The notes under the pieces were generated by a model. That model did not search any database. It saw only the letters and a list, made by a program, of their open reading frames with translations, and was not told where the DNA came from. The translations under genes and the position numbers were made by a program. 64,000 nt of DNA from Brucepastera parasyntrophica. GTDB taxonomy: Bacteria; Spirochaetota; Spirochaetia; Treponematales; Treponemataceae. The stretch's first letter is position 1, and every line of letters starts with the position of its first letter. The stretch is taken from positions 2,842,739 through 2,906,738 of the forward strand of contig NZ_CP084606.1 in the NCBI RefSeq assembly GCF_022376835.1. Reading direction: 5' to 3'. Shown here piece after piece: positions 30,776 through 41,291 of the stretch.

Positions 30776-31457
30776 TACCTGACTGTCTCCGACTCGACTT
30801 GTCCGTCCCTGAGCATAATAATACGCCGGGCGTAATCCATAACCATCTGATCATGGGTGGAAAATATAAAGGTGGTCCCCGCGCTGCGGTTTAGATTAAG
30901 CATGAGTTCAAGGATTTCCTTTCCTGTTGTTGAATCAAGATTTGCGGTCGGCTCATCCGCGAGAATGAGCGCCGGCTTTTTTACCAGTGCCCGCGCAATA
31001 GCGACACGCTGCTGCTGCCCGCCCGACATTTCCTTTGGCCGCCGGTTTTCCATTCCTTCTAGTCCGACATCCCTGAGCGCTGCCATGGAGCGTTCTCTGA
31101 TTTCATGTTTATCAAACCCAAGCAAAACAAGCGGGAAGGATATGTTTTCCAGAACAGACAAAACGGGAATCAGGTTATAAGCCTGAAAGATAAAACCGAT
31201 ATTGTTCCGCCGTATCAGCGCAAGTTCCTTTTTACTGAGCGAGGCTATATCCGTTTCCTCAATGAGAATGGAACCTGAACTGAGCGCATCAAGGCATCCG
31301 ACGAGGTGCAGAAAAGTTGACTTTCCGCTTCCTGAGGGCCGGCGATTGCGGAAAATTCTCCCGCTTCAAAACCGAGATTTACTCCCCTCAGCGCGTGTAC
31401 GGTTATTCCATTCAGACTGTAATCCTTGACCAGATTATTCGTTTTTACAACAGTCAT
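30775..31457 (-). CDS. ABC transporter ATP-binding protein (MacB/LolD-type). The frame is broken at a G3/C3 run (~31336-31338).
   Basis: The Walker A GPSGSGKST is recovered after the frame correction. Signature LSGGQQQRVAIARAL; Walker B ILADEPT. Confidence 0.75.
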
Positions 31458-32548
31458 TCCTGTTCTCCTTTCTTTTCCTTTTCTTTTTTCAGTTCCGAAA
31501 GAGCCTGGAGGCCGAAAATATCATTTGCCTGCAGTTCCTCGGTAATTGAATTGGGTACCAGCATCATGGAATTGCCTGCTTTCAGTCCCTCATTCAGTAT
31601 TGAAAGAATCTTCAGTTTCATGGCTGGTTCGTTCTTCGAATATATTTTGACAGCTTCCTCTAGTCTGTTCGCTATCTGGATTTCGGCTTCCGCGAGCAGG
31701 ATGCGGCTGTTTTTCTCCCGTTCCGCCTGGGCCAGCCTGCTCAGGGAATCCTGCAAATGTTCCGGTATCTGGATATCGGTAATTTCAATATGCTGCACGG
31801 TAATACCCCATTCAGTTGTTTTTCCGTCAACATCGGTTCTGATCTGTTTTTCAATTACATCTCCCCGTTCCAGAAAGGTGGAAAGATCGTGACTGCTGAT
31901 GGCATTGCGGAGGGCTGTTTTTGAAGAGAGAATTACAGCTTCCTCGTAATTCTGTACTTCGCAGACCGCCTTTTCCGGATCCCATACCAGCCAGAAGCAT
32001 ATCGCGTCAACAGTTACTGTAACCGAATCCCGGGTCAGGGTTTCCTGCGCAGAGAAATCAGTTACACGTATGCGGAGGTCAACAATTTTCGCGACACGGT
32101 CCGCAACCGGAATAAGAAAAAACAGGCCGGGGCCTTGTATGCGGTGAAAGCGTCCGAACCGGAGTACAATGGCCCGTTCCCATTCTTCCATCTTCTGTAT
32201 GGATGGAGCAATAAGAACAGCCGCCGCCGCGAAGAGGAGGGTAAGCGCCAGCTGCGGGACCGCGCATACTGCAAGCACACAGGCCGCAATAATGCATATT
32301 TTTATCGCGGCCGCCCAGCGTGAAAAAAGCACCATCAGGAGAAGGGCCGCGACAGGGACCCCCAGCAGTAATCCGAAATCTATTAACGGCGGCAAGGCCC
32401 CTGTCAAAAGCAGAACAATAACGGAAAAACTGATAAACAGTATAAACAGGATTATTCCAGCGGCATTGATTGAAAAATCGCTCCGCCGTTTTGTATATTT
32501 TGAATCCTTGATTCGCGGTTTATCATTATTTTTTTTCTGTGGTTCCAT
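31454..32548 (-). CDS. SPFH/band-7 (stomatin/prohibitin-like) membrane protein.
   Basis: Four N-terminal TM segments plus an SPFH domain (IVLRFGRFHRIQGPGLFFLIPVADRV). ATGA overlap with the ATPase gene. Confidence 0.7.
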   Translation of the reverse strand: MEPQKKNNDKPRIKDSKYTKRRSDFSINAAGIILFILFISFSVIVLLLTGALPPLIDFGLLLGVPVAALLLMVLFSRWAAAIKICIIAACVLAVCAVPQLALTLLFAAAAVLIAPSIQKMEEWERAIVLRFGRFHRIQGPGLFFLIPVADRVAKIVDLRIRVTDFSAQETLTRDSVTVTVDAICFWLVWDPEKAVCEVQNYEEAVILSSKTALRNAISSHDLSTFLERGDVIEKQIRTDVDGKTTEWGITVQHIEITDIQIPEHLQDSLSRLAQAEREKNSRILLAEAEIQIANRLEEAVKIYSKNEPAMKLKILSILNEGLKAGNSMMLVPNSITEELQANDIFGLQALSELKKEKEKKGEQE

Positions 32549-32549
32549 A

Positions 32550-32948
32550 CTATTCCTCCTTAAAGTTTTTTATAAGGCTGACCGCTTCCGCGCGTTCAAC
32601 GCCAAGTTCTTCCATGTCTGTGACAAACCGGGCGACAATTTCCCTTATCCGCCGGTTTCTTCCGTCATCTTCAAGCACGGGCCGTTTATCTGAAATGTAG
32701 GTGCCGCTGCCGACCTGGGTTTCCAGAATTCCCCTGATCTCCAGTTCCCCGTACGCTTTTGCGATAGTATTCGGATTGATCTTCAGTTCGATAGCCAGCG
32801 CCCGGATGGTGGGGAGCCTGTCCCCGGTTTTCAGCCGTTCGGACAGGATAGCGTGTTCGATCTGCTGAATAATCTGCCGGTATATCGGCACCCCGTTTGA
32901 CGGGTCCAGAGTAAATGTAATTTCTCTGTTTATGATTGTACTATTCAT
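32550..32948 (-). CDS. GntR-family (YtrA-subfamily) transcriptional regulator.
   Basis: wHTH PIYRQIIQQIEHAILSERLKTGDRLPTIRALAIELKINPNTIAKAY. The short length is typical of YtrA. Confidence 0.8.
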   Translation of the reverse strand: MNSTIINREITFTLDPSNGVPIYRQIIQQIEHAILSERLKTGDRLPTIRALAIELKINPNTIAKAYGELEIRGILETQVGSGTYISDKRPVLEDDGRNRRIREIVARFVTDMEELGVERAEAVSLIKNFKEE

Positions 32949-32978
32949 CTAGTACAATCATAAATGCACTAGTACAAT
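32933..32978. promoter_or_regulatory. GntR operator: perfect palindrome TGATTGTACTA-N6-TAGTACAATCA spanning the gntR start codon, plus a third half-site TAGTACAAT at 32970-32978.
   Basis: Read directly from the sequence. Confidence 0.6.
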
Positions 32979-33075
32979 ATGTCAATATTTTTTTTAAAAA
33001 AAAATTAAATAAATATTGAGCTGATGCGTAAAATCCGGGAAGTCATACAGGAAAATATATGGTTTTACCTCATGT

Positions 33076-33198
33076 TTATTCGAGGCGAGGGTTTAATCAG
33101 CCTTCGGCTGGTTCTGTAAGGTATGTAATGGCAGCTTCCGCGACCTGCTAATACCCCGGACCGAAGGTCTGCCCTGTTCTGCGGCGGAGTATTTTATT
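33076..33198 (+). repeat. Structured intergenic repeat, copy 3 (full form).
   Basis: TTATTCGAGGCGAGGGTTTAATCAGCC-ttcg-GCTGG ... CGGACC-gaag-GGTCTG ... GGAGTATTTTATT. Confidence 0.7.
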
Positions 33199-33215
33199 CT
33201 TTTTTATATATTTCT

Positions 33216-34004
33216 TTGATATCCGGGTCATTATGTGTTATGCTTATAGCAGTGAAACCAAATATATCTCAAATTCCCAAAGCTGTTTTATTTGATTTGG
33301 ATGATACGCTCATATCTTTTGAAGATGTATCGGGCCACGCCTGGCGGAAAAGCTGCGGCGACTTTACGGAAGATTATGATCTTGATTTTTCCGCCGAAGA
33401 ACTTTTTGAAAAAGTCCATGAAACCAGGAACTGGTACTGGAATGACGCGGACCGGCACCTTGCCGGAAGAAAAGACCTGAAAAAAGCCCGGCGCGAGATT
33501 ACAGCCCTTGCCCTGAATCACTTTGGCGTTTCCGATGAAAAACTGGTAAATGAACTGGCTGATAATTTCAGCGCGTACAAGGACACTCTTTTGTGCGTAT
33601 TTCCCGGATCAATTGAAACGCTTTCCGTCCTGAAAAATAAAGGCTTCCGCCTCGGCCTTGTTTCCAACGGAACTACCGGCGAACAGCGGGCAAAGCTGGG
33701 CCGGTTTAATCTGGCCGGTTTTTTTGAAGTAATACTGATAGAAGGCGAAGTCGGCTACGGAAAACCTGATGTGAGGATATTTGAAAAAGCCCTTCAGATG
33801 CTCAGGCTGCGGCCCGAAGAAGTCTGGATGGTCGGTGATAATCTTGTCTGGGACATTGAAACCCCGCAAAAACTGGGAATCTTTTCAGTATGGAACGATT
33901 ACGCGAAAAAGGGCCTTCCCGAAATTTCTTCCGCTGTCCCTGACGCGATAATTTCCAATGTAGTCGAATTGCTTCCCCTGCTGATTCCGCGCCCGAATAA
34001 ATGA
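33216..34004 (+). CDS. HAD-family hydrolase.
   Basis: FDLDDTL motif I, VSNGT motif II, and GDNLVWDIE motif IV-like. Confidence 0.7.
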   Translation: MISGSLCVMLIAVKPNISQIPKAVLFDLDDTLISFEDVSGHAWRKSCGDFTEDYDLDFSAEELFEKVHETRNWYWNDADRHLAGRKDLKKARREITALALNHFGVSDEKLVNELADNFSAYKDTLLCVFPGSIETLSVLKNKGFRLGLVSNGTTGEQRAKLGRFNLAGFFEVILIEGEVGYGKPDVRIFEKALQMLRLRPEEVWMVGDNLVWDIETPQKLGIFSVWNDYAKKGLPEISSAVPDAIISNVVELLPLLIPRPNK

Positions 34005-34237
34005 TAAGGGATATTTATCCCGTGCCTGCTTCATTTTTTACCGCGCCCGGAGAAAACCGCGCAGACTGCCGCAAAGTAAAGCGGCTTCTCCGTCCGTCGG
34101 CCTGAAAAAATACAAAAAAACATAAAAAAAGCGCCCCAGGCCGGATTTAACTTGCTCCCCGGCAAAAGCATTTCTTATACTATATATAGGGGAAAACAGG
34201 ATCACACCCCAAAAATACGGAAAGAAGGAGAAATTTC

Positions 34238-35755
34238 ATGAAGGACAAGAAACTGACTCATGAGAACGGGGCTCCTGTCGCGGATAATACCAATTCGCTG
34301 ACAGCCGGCGCCCGCGGACCCATGATGCTCCAGGATGTATGGTTCCTCGAAAAACTGGCCCACTTTGACCGGGAAGTTATTCCCGAGCGGCGGATGCACG
34401 CCAAGGGGAGCGGAGCTTTCGGGACCTTTACAGTTACCCACGATGTTACAAAGTATAGCAAGGCAAAAGTATTTTCCGGAATTAATAAAAAGACAGAGGT
34501 ATTTGTCCGTTTTTCAACCGTCGCCGGAGAACGGGGCGCGGCCGATGCGGAGCGGGATATCCGCGGTTTTGCCATAAAATTCTATACTGAAGAGGGTAAC
34601 TGGGACCTTGTCGGAAATAACACTCCCGTCTTTTTCCTCCGTGATCCTCTCCGTTTCCCCGATCTGAACCACGCCATAAAACGTGACCCGCAAACCAATA
34701 TGCGCTCGCCCCAGAACAACTGGGACTTCTGGTCTTCCCTGCCTGAGGCTTTTCATCAGGTGACCATAACCATGAGCGACCGGGGTATTCCCGCGTCCTA
34801 CCGGCATATGCACGGCTACGGAAGCCATGCCTACAGTCTGTACAACGCGAAGAATGAACGGGTATGGGTAAAATTCCACTTCCGCACACAGCAGGGAATT
34901 TTAACTATAACCGATCAGGAAGCGGCGGAACTCGTCGGCATAGACCGGGAGAGCCACCAGAAGGACCTCTTCCACGCGATTGATGAAGGAAGTTTCCCCC
35001 AGTGGAAAATGTATTTCCAGATTATGACGGAAGAGCAGGCAAAGAACCATAAGGAAAATCCCTTCGATATTACCAAGGTGTGGAGCCAGAAGGAATTTCC
35101 GCTGATTGAAGTCGGGCTTCTTGAGCTGAACAGGAACCCTGAAAATTATTTTGCCGATGTTGAACAGGCCGCGTTCAATCCCGCGCATATTGTTCCCGGC
35201 ATCGGTTTTTCGCCGGACAAACTTCTCCAGGGCAGGCTTTTTTCATACGGAGACGCGCAGCGCTACCGGCTCGGGGTCAATAACGACCTTATTCCGGTCA
35301 ACAAACCAAAGATCCCTGTCCATGCTTACCACCGTGACGGCCAGATGCGGGTGGACGGAAATTACGGGTCAACCATCGGATATGAGCCTAACAGCTACGG
35401 AGAGTGGGCACAGCAGGACGCTTTCCGTGAGCCTCCCCATGATCCTGACGGTCCCATAGACCATTATGAACCGAAGGATGATAAAACCGATAACTGTTTT
35501 TATCAGGCCGGCAACCTGTACAGGCTTATGAGCGAAGACCAGAAGCAGGTCCTTGCCGAGAACACCATGCGCAACATGGGAGGCTGCACGGATAACGTAA
35601 AATACCGGCACGCGGCCCACTGTTTCCTTGCCGATCCTGATTACGGTAAACGGATATGCAAGGCCATGGAACTTGACGCCGCCAAAGCTGAACAGCTTTC
35701 AAAGCTGGATCACGCGGCATTAATGGACGCAACTAAGGCAAAAGAACATGAATAA
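34238..35755 (+). CDS. katA: Monofunctional heme catalase.
   Basis: [29 protein letters not shown], and the overall catalase core. Confidence 0.9.
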   Translation: MKDKKLTHENGAPVADNTNSLTAGARGPMMLQDVWFLEKLAHFDREVIPERRMHAKGSGAFGTFTVTHDVTKYSKAKVFSGINKKTEVFVRFSTVAGERGAADAERDIRGFAIKFYTEEGNWDLVGNNTPVFFLRDPLRFPDLNHAIKRDPQTNMRSPQNNWDFWSSLPEAFHQVTITMSDRGIPASYRHMHGYGSHAYSLYNAKNERVWVKFHFRTQQGILTITDQEAAELVGIDRESHQKDLFHAIDEGSFPQWKMYFQIMTEEQAKNHKENPFDITKVWSQKEFPLIEVGLLELNRNPENYFADVEQAAFNPAHIVPGIGFSPDKLLQGRLFSYGDAQRYRLGVNNDLIPVNKPKIPVHAYHRDGQMRVDGNYGSTIGYEPNSYGEWAQQDAFREPPHDPDGPIDHYEPKDDKTDNCFYQAGNLYRLMSEDQKQVLAENTMRNMGGCTDNVKYRHAAHCFLADPDYGKRICKAMELDAAKAEQLSKLDHAALMDATKAKEHE

Positions 35756-35759
35756 CAAA

Positions 35760-35794
35760 GATCCGGGCGTTATGCCCGGATCTGCTTTATTTTG
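35760..35794 (+). terminator. Rho-independent terminator after the catalase gene.
   Basis: gatccgggc / gcccggatc 9-bp stem followed by a T-rich tail. Confidence 0.6.
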
Positions 35795-35826
35795 CCTGAA
35801 AAACAAAAGGGGATAAAAAATATATT

Positions 35827-36252
35827 ATGAGAAAAATACTGCTACTTGCTGCGGGAGTCCTCGCGCTTTTGCTCGGGACTGTCGGGATATTTCTTCCGAT
35901 TCTGCCGACCACGCCATTTGTGCTTCTCGCCGGGATTTGCTTTTCCTTCAGTTCGCAGAAAGCCTATAATCTGCTCCTGAAAAGCCGGTTCTTTGGTCCA
36001 TACATCGAAAATTACCGGACAAAAAAAGGAGTCCCGGTGGCTGCGAAGGTAAGAGGGATTGTTTCTCTGTGGCTGCTCCTGGCCGTGTCAGCGTTCGCGA
36101 TGGCAAAGGTCTGGTCAACCATCATGTTTGCCGCTGTCGGTACGGGCGTTACCATCCATCTTCTGCTTATGAAAACCTGGCGCCCGGAAAAACAGTCATT
36201 GCCGGAATTTTCCGCCGCGGAGGAAATAGAGCAGGTGAGCGGAGAGGCATAA
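35827..36252 (+). CDS. DUF454 (YbaN-family) inner-membrane protein.
   Basis: GIFLPILPTTPFVLLAGICF motif. Confidence 0.7.
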   Translation: MRKILLLAAGVLALLLGTVGIFLPILPTTPFVLLAGICFSFSSQKAYNLLLKSRFFGPYIENYRTKKGVPVAAKVRGIVSLWLLLAVSAFAMAKVWSTIMFAAVGTGVTIHLLLMKTWRPEKQSLPEFSAAEEIEQVSGEA

Positions 36253-36272
36253 GCGCGGAACGGAAAAGACTG

Positions 36273-36665
36273 CTATTCAGGTTTTTCTTCCGCCGCCGAA
36301 CGGATTGCGTCAATTGCCTTCCGTATGATTTCCATTTCACTTTTTCCCGGCTTTACCGCTTTAAGAAAACCGCTGGCGGCACTGATAATCTTTTGTTCAG
36401 TCATGCCGTCATTTGCCGGACCATTCAAAAATATACCGGTATATCTCCGGTTTATCCCGGAAAGGGATTTCGCTTCATCCTCATCTTCCCATCTGTGGAC
36501 TGACTTTTTTCCGCCGCTGACAGTTACTGTTCCGTATTCATAATTGTACAAATATATTTCCGTGAACACCCCGGTTTTTCCGTCATAGACTATCCGGATA
36601 TAATTCTTTGTGAAGTCCTTTTTCAGTTCTTCCCGGTATTCCAGCGTTTCCGGATGTTCATTCAT
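36273..36665 (-). CDS. Hypothetical protein.
   Basis: ORF only. Lies 118 bp downstream of the nucleotidyltransferase gene. Confidence 0.4.
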   Translation of the reverse strand: MNEHPETLEYREELKKDFTKNYIRIVYDGKTGVFTEIYLYNYEYGTVTVSGGKKSVHRWEDEDEAKSLSGINRRYTGIFLNGPANDGMTEQKIISAASGFLKAVKPGKSEMEIIRKAIDAIRSAAEEKPE

Positions 36666-36782
36666 TCTTTTCCCCGGCCTTTTAGGTTTATGTATCCGAC
36701 AGGCATTTCCGAAAGAAACGCGTGAACAGGACTTTCTTTATGGTATTGAAGGCGACGGGAACAGTCAATATATTCCTTCGTT

Positions 36783-37610
36783 TCAGCCTGATTGCGTTTT
36801 CCCTTCCGGTCCATCCCCGGCAGTATCTGCTCCGGCTTTATACATGATAAACCCCAGAAATTCTTTTCTGAAAATTTTCTCCCGGCGCCTGTAATCTTTC
36901 AGTGAAGCAATGTTCTGTCTGTACAATTTCTTCATGAGTTTTTCATAGTTGACGGGAAGTTTTTCAAGATCATAACTGTAATACAGTCTTCTGTCCTCGG
37001 CGGGCGCGTATTTTCCGTTCAGGTAATACAGGCTTTTTATCCCTTCCCTGAGAGCCGAGTCCAGGTTCTGATGGAGCTGGGGATACGCTTCCCGCCTTTC
37101 CCAGCGGTCTGTTTTATATTCGGAGAGCAGAAAATTGATATACCCAAGCGCATTGGCCAGCGCCATCGGCAGGTCTTCCCCGGCAAACTCATATATTTCC
37201 GCGAGGGTTTTTTCATAGCGTTTTTCCGGATCATACAGAACAACGGATTCCATGAGCGCGGACTTGGCAGGTTCACCGGAATTTCTGAAAACCTGCGCAT
37301 CCATTTTATCCTGGAAAAGGATCTGGAACCATTCATTTCCCCTCCGCACACAATGGAAGGGGATTTCAGGCTCCTCATTCCCGCCAAAAATTTCTTCCGG
37401 TGTTATTCCTGAACCCTGCTTTTTAAAAACGGTCAGGTCAATCATGCCGCCAAATTTTCCCGGCCAGAAATCTCCGCGGGCCGCACTCCCGGAAAGCAGA
37501 ATGGTTTCTATGCCGCTTTTATCAATATTCGAAAGAAATATTTCCGTTTTCTTTTTCAAACCGGCAATATAATGTTCCTGCTGCCTGATAACAGCCTTTT
37601 TCATTTTCAA
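36783..37610 (-). CDS. Nucleotidyltransferase-fold protein (Lnu/ANT-like minimal NTase).
   Basis: LLSGSAARGDFWPGKFGGMIDLTVF resembles the GS...[DE]h[DE]h NTase motif, but the second acidic residue is not clearly conserved. Confidence 0.45.
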   Translation of the reverse strand: MKMKKAVIRQQEHYIAGLKKKTEIFLSNIDKSGIETILLSGSAARGDFWPGKFGGMIDLTVFKKQGSGITPEEIFGGNEEPEIPFHCVRRGNEWFQILFQDKMDAQVFRNSGEPAKSALMESVVLYDPEKRYEKTLAEIYEFAGEDLPMALANALGYINFLLSEYKTDRWERREAYPQLHQNLDSALREGIKSLYYLNGKYAPAEDRRLYYSYDLEKLPVNYEKLMKKLYRQNIASLKDYRRREKIFRKEFLGFIMYKAGADTAGDGPEGKTQSG

Positions 37611-37857
37611 TATCAGCCTCCTGAACCGGCTATTGTTTTATTGTCCTGCAGCAGCCACTGTGCCGGATAAACAGATTCATATATATTTGCTGATCAGTAT
37701 ACCATGTCTTTTTCACGGTGTATATTTTATTTTGACGGAAATAAAATATGCTGTTTTCTGTAAACAATATTGACATTACTATAACGTTATACTACTATAC
37801 TGATATATTACTATAATAATATACTATATACTCATAGCATATAAAACGGAGAAACAA

Positions 37858-38430
37858 ATGCTTACGAAACTGCATTTTCTGGTCCTTGGCATAGTACGGG
37901 AAAATCCGGTAAATCCATACCGGATACTGAAAATTTTTGAAGAACTCAGGCTTTCCGAATGGCTGACCGGGGCCAATTCATCAATTTACGCCGCGGTAAA
38001 CGCCCTTGTAAAAAAAGGCTATATTGCCGGAAAACAGGAAAAAGCGGAAAGCGACCGGACCAGAGTTATATACAGCAGTACAGCCGAAGGTGAAGCTGTT
38101 TTTCTGGAAAACCTCCGTCTGCTCCTTTCCGGAGATTCGGATGATTATTCCTCTTTATCTACCGCAACACTTTTTCTCTGTCATCTGCCGAAACGGGATG
38201 TTTCCCAGCTTTTGGGTGAAAAATATACGGAGCTGAAAAAAAAGGAAGCTGTTCTCCGAAAACGGATCCATCATATGGAGACGGGCAGCCGCGCCAACTT
38301 TACACTTCTGATGAATACAAAGCATCTGCTGAATACTGTTTCGGCGGACCTGAAAACACTTGATATGCTCAGAACGGAAATCAGGGAGTCAAAGTCGTGG
38401 AATTCCTTTATAAGCAGGGACATTCCATAA
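37858..38430 (+). CDS. PadR-family transcriptional regulator.
   Basis: N-terminal wHTH LVLGIVRENPVNPYRILKIFEE...SIYAAVNALVKKGYIAG. The AT-rich upstream region has ACTATA-type direct repeats. Confidence 0.7.
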   Translation: MLTKLHFLVLGIVRENPVNPYRILKIFEELRLSEWLTGANSSIYAAVNALVKKGYIAGKQEKAESDRTRVIYSSTAEGEAVFLENLRLLLSGDSDDYSSLSTATLFLCHLPKRDVSQLLGEKYTELKKKEAVLRKRIHHMETGSRANFTLLMNTKHLLNTVSADLKTLDMLRTEIRESKSWNSFISRDIP

Positions 38431-38645
38431 AACCCGGTATGCATACAATCAGCCGGTCGCCTGACCGGTATGTTTATGCAAACAATGGCTTTTTGTTTCC
38501 ATGCTTTTGTAACTCATCCGGTATCCGCCGGTGATTTTCAATGTCTGTAAAAAAACTCCCCCAGAAGTGGCTTTTTCACAAAAACTTGCGTACTTTAGTA
38601 CTAGTATCGTAATTAATTATCAATAAATACAAAAGGAGGGATAGT

Positions 38646-39500
38646 ATGGTCAAAAAACTATCCGATACATATGAATTGAACAACGGGCTTAAAATACCCT
38701 GTGTCGGTTTTGGCACCTGGCAGACCCCGGACGGAGAGGTCGCTGTTAACGCGGTCAAAAGCGCAATTGAATGCGGTTACCGGCATATTGATACCGCCGC
38801 GGTTTACGGAAATGAGGAAAGTGTGGGGAAGGCTGTCCGCGCCGGTACGGTATCCCGGGATGATATCTTTATCACAACAAAATTATGGAATGATGAGCAT
38901 GGATATGAAGCCGCGTTAAAAGCCTGTGACGTTTCACTGGAAAGGCTCGGCGTCGATATTATCGATCTGTATCTGATTCACTGGCCCAATCCGATAAAAT
39001 TCCGCGGCAGCTTCGAGCGGACAAATGCCGAAACCTGGCAGGCAATGGAAGAATTATACCAGGCGGGAAAGGTAAAGGCTATCGGTGTGAGCAACTATCT
39101 TCCGCATCATCTTGAATCATTGCTGAAGACGGCGAGGATTATGCCGATGGTCAACCAGATCCGACTGTTTCCCGGGTATACCCAGAAGGAAACAGTAAGT
39201 TACTGCCGGGAGAAAAATATTCTTATTGAAGCGTACAGTCCTCTGGGGACTGGGAAGCTGCTTGACGCTCCTGAACTTGTTCCAATAGCGGAAAAATATT
39301 CAAAATCTCCCGCCCGGATATGTCTCCGCTGGAGTCTGCAGATGGGATTTCTTCCTCTCCCGAAATCGGTTACCGCTTCCCGGATTAAGGAAAATGCCGA
39401 TATTTTTGATTTTACGCTGTCGCCCGCCGAAATGGACATACTGACTAATATGCCGAACCATGGCGGAGACGGCATGAATCCTGATGAAGCTCCGTTTTAA
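38646..39500 (+). CDS. Aldo/keto reductase (2,5-diketo-D-gluconate reductase-like).
   Basis: LNNGLKIPCVGFGTWQ, HIDTAAVYGNE and IHWPNP motifs. Confidence 0.85.
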   Translation: MVKKLSDTYELNNGLKIPCVGFGTWQTPDGEVAVNAVKSAIECGYRHIDTAAVYGNEESVGKAVRAGTVSRDDIFITTKLWNDEHGYEAALKACDVSLERLGVDIIDLYLIHWPNPIKFRGSFERTNAETWQAMEELYQAGKVKAIGVSNYLPHHLESLLKTARIMPMVNQIRLFPGYTQKETVSYCREKNILIEAYSPLGTGKLLDAPELVPIAEKYSKSPARICLRWSLQMGFLPLPKSVTASRIKENADIFDFTLSPAEMDILTNMPNHGGDGMNPDEAPF

Positions 39501-39559
39501 ATTCCGGTAACCGGCTGAAACAGATTGCCTGAGAATAACCGCAGGACAGGGAGGCTGAA

Positions 39560-40928
39560 ATGAAAGTAGTAATTATCGGCGCAGTCGCGGGCGGCACGAC
39601 TGCCGCGACAAAGATAAGGCGGAATGACAAGTCCGCTGAAATTATTCTTTTCGAACAGGATGGGGATATTTCATATTCAGCCTGCGGCATACCGTATTAT
39701 GTGGGGGAGAAATCCCCAAAGCCGAATCCCTGACTCCCCGGGGTCCCGCATGGTTTAAGGACAAATATAATATTGATGTCCGTATTTTTCACCGTGTGAC
39801 CGCAATACATCCCGATAAAAAAACGGTTGAGGTTCTTAATCTTAAGACCGGTGAAAGCAGTACGGTTTCGTATGATAAACTCATTTTTTCAACCGGAGCC
39901 CTGCCGGTCATTCCCGCTCCGTTCGCAACGGCGCTTGACGCCGGAAACATATTTACGGTCAGAACGATCAGGGACGCGGTAAAAATACGGACTTTCATAA
40001 CGGAGTCAAAACCGGAACGCGCCGTTATAATCGGGGCGGACTGATAGGACTCGAAATGGCGGAGCAGCTGAGAAAACTGGATATTGATGTCACTCTGGTA
40101 CAGTGGCACCCTCATATATTATATCAGATGGATGAAGATATGATCCTGCCCGTGCAGTATGAGCTTGAACAGCATGGCGTTCATCTGAAACTCGCGACTG
40201 AAGTGACCGGATTTCAGCGGGGCCCGGGCAATAATATACATATTCTGGAAACGGCCGGGGGAGAAAAACTGGAAGCAGACATGGTCCTTCTCGCCGCGGG
40301 AGTTCGTCCGAATACGGAACTGACCGTAGGCACCGGCATTAAGACAGGTGTGACTGGTGCCGTAAAAGTTGACGCGTATATGAGAACAACTGTTCCGGAT
40401 ATTTATGCTGCCGGTGATGTAGCGGAGAGTTTTTCGGTTATCACGGGCAAGGCTGTTTACCGTCCCCTCGGAACAACGGCCAATAAAACAGGACGGATAG
40501 CAGGGGATGCTGTGACAGGCGGCGGTCTCAAACACCGGGGGGTACTGGGTACCGCAATTGTCCGTGTGTTCGGCATTACTGTTGCGTTTACCGGACTGAA
40601 TGAACGTGAGGCTGCTGACCACGGTTATGACTGTATCAGCAAACGCGATACCTATCCCGATCACGCTCCCTATCTGGGCGGCGAAAATATGGTGGTAAAA
40701 ATTATCGCGGATAAAAAATCCGGCCTTGTTCTCGGCGCCCAGATTACCGGAAGGGCAGGGGTGGATAAACGTATCGATGTGCTGGCTACAGCCATTACTT
40801 ACAGGGCCCGCGTCGAAGACCTGTTTCATCTTGACCTTGCCTATTCCCCTCCCTATTCAATTGTAAAAGATCCCATTCAGTATGTAGGCATGGCTATGGA
40901 AAAACAAATCCAGGGAAAGAATTCATAA
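39560..40928 (+). pseudogene. CoA-disulfide reductase / NADH oxidase (pyridine nucleotide-disulfide oxidoreductase) broken into three ORFs by single-base deletions in G runs (39703-39707 and ~40038).
   Basis: MKVVIIGAVAGGTTAATKIRR...CGIPYYVGG | EIPKAESLTPRGPAWFKDKYNIDV... | GLIGLEMAEQL... The C-terminal dimerisation domain is intact. Confidence 0.7.
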
Positions 40929-41291
40929 ATCGGGGCTTGCCGGTCCAATCGACTGACCGGCGGTCAGTTTCTTTAAAATGACCGGAAACAGACTTGTCTT
41001 TTGAGTTCCGGTTCCGGGATAAACAGGAACCAGTCCGGGACAGAAACAGACGATCCCGTCAAGTTTCCGGACTGGTCTGATGAAGTCTTTGTGCAGTCCT
41101 GAATGAAGGCCTATAATATCAGTTTTATATTGTGACTCCTTTTTCCGCTTGTTTTCTTTTCCGGCTGTCCGAATATACTTCCACAGCATGAATAGATATG
41201 TTTTTTTGAAAAGACATTGTTTTTTCATGTATAAGGTGTATAATTTGAAAAAGGTTTTATCAGTATCTAACCATACACAGGAGTATCTTCA

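Noticed and set aside
40119-40829. 236-aa minus-strand ORF overlapping the NADH oxidase gene.
   Set aside because: It is antisense to a conserved oxidoreductase frame, which is a typical shadow ORF. The same applies to 56089..56718, which is antisense to the ankyrin gene.
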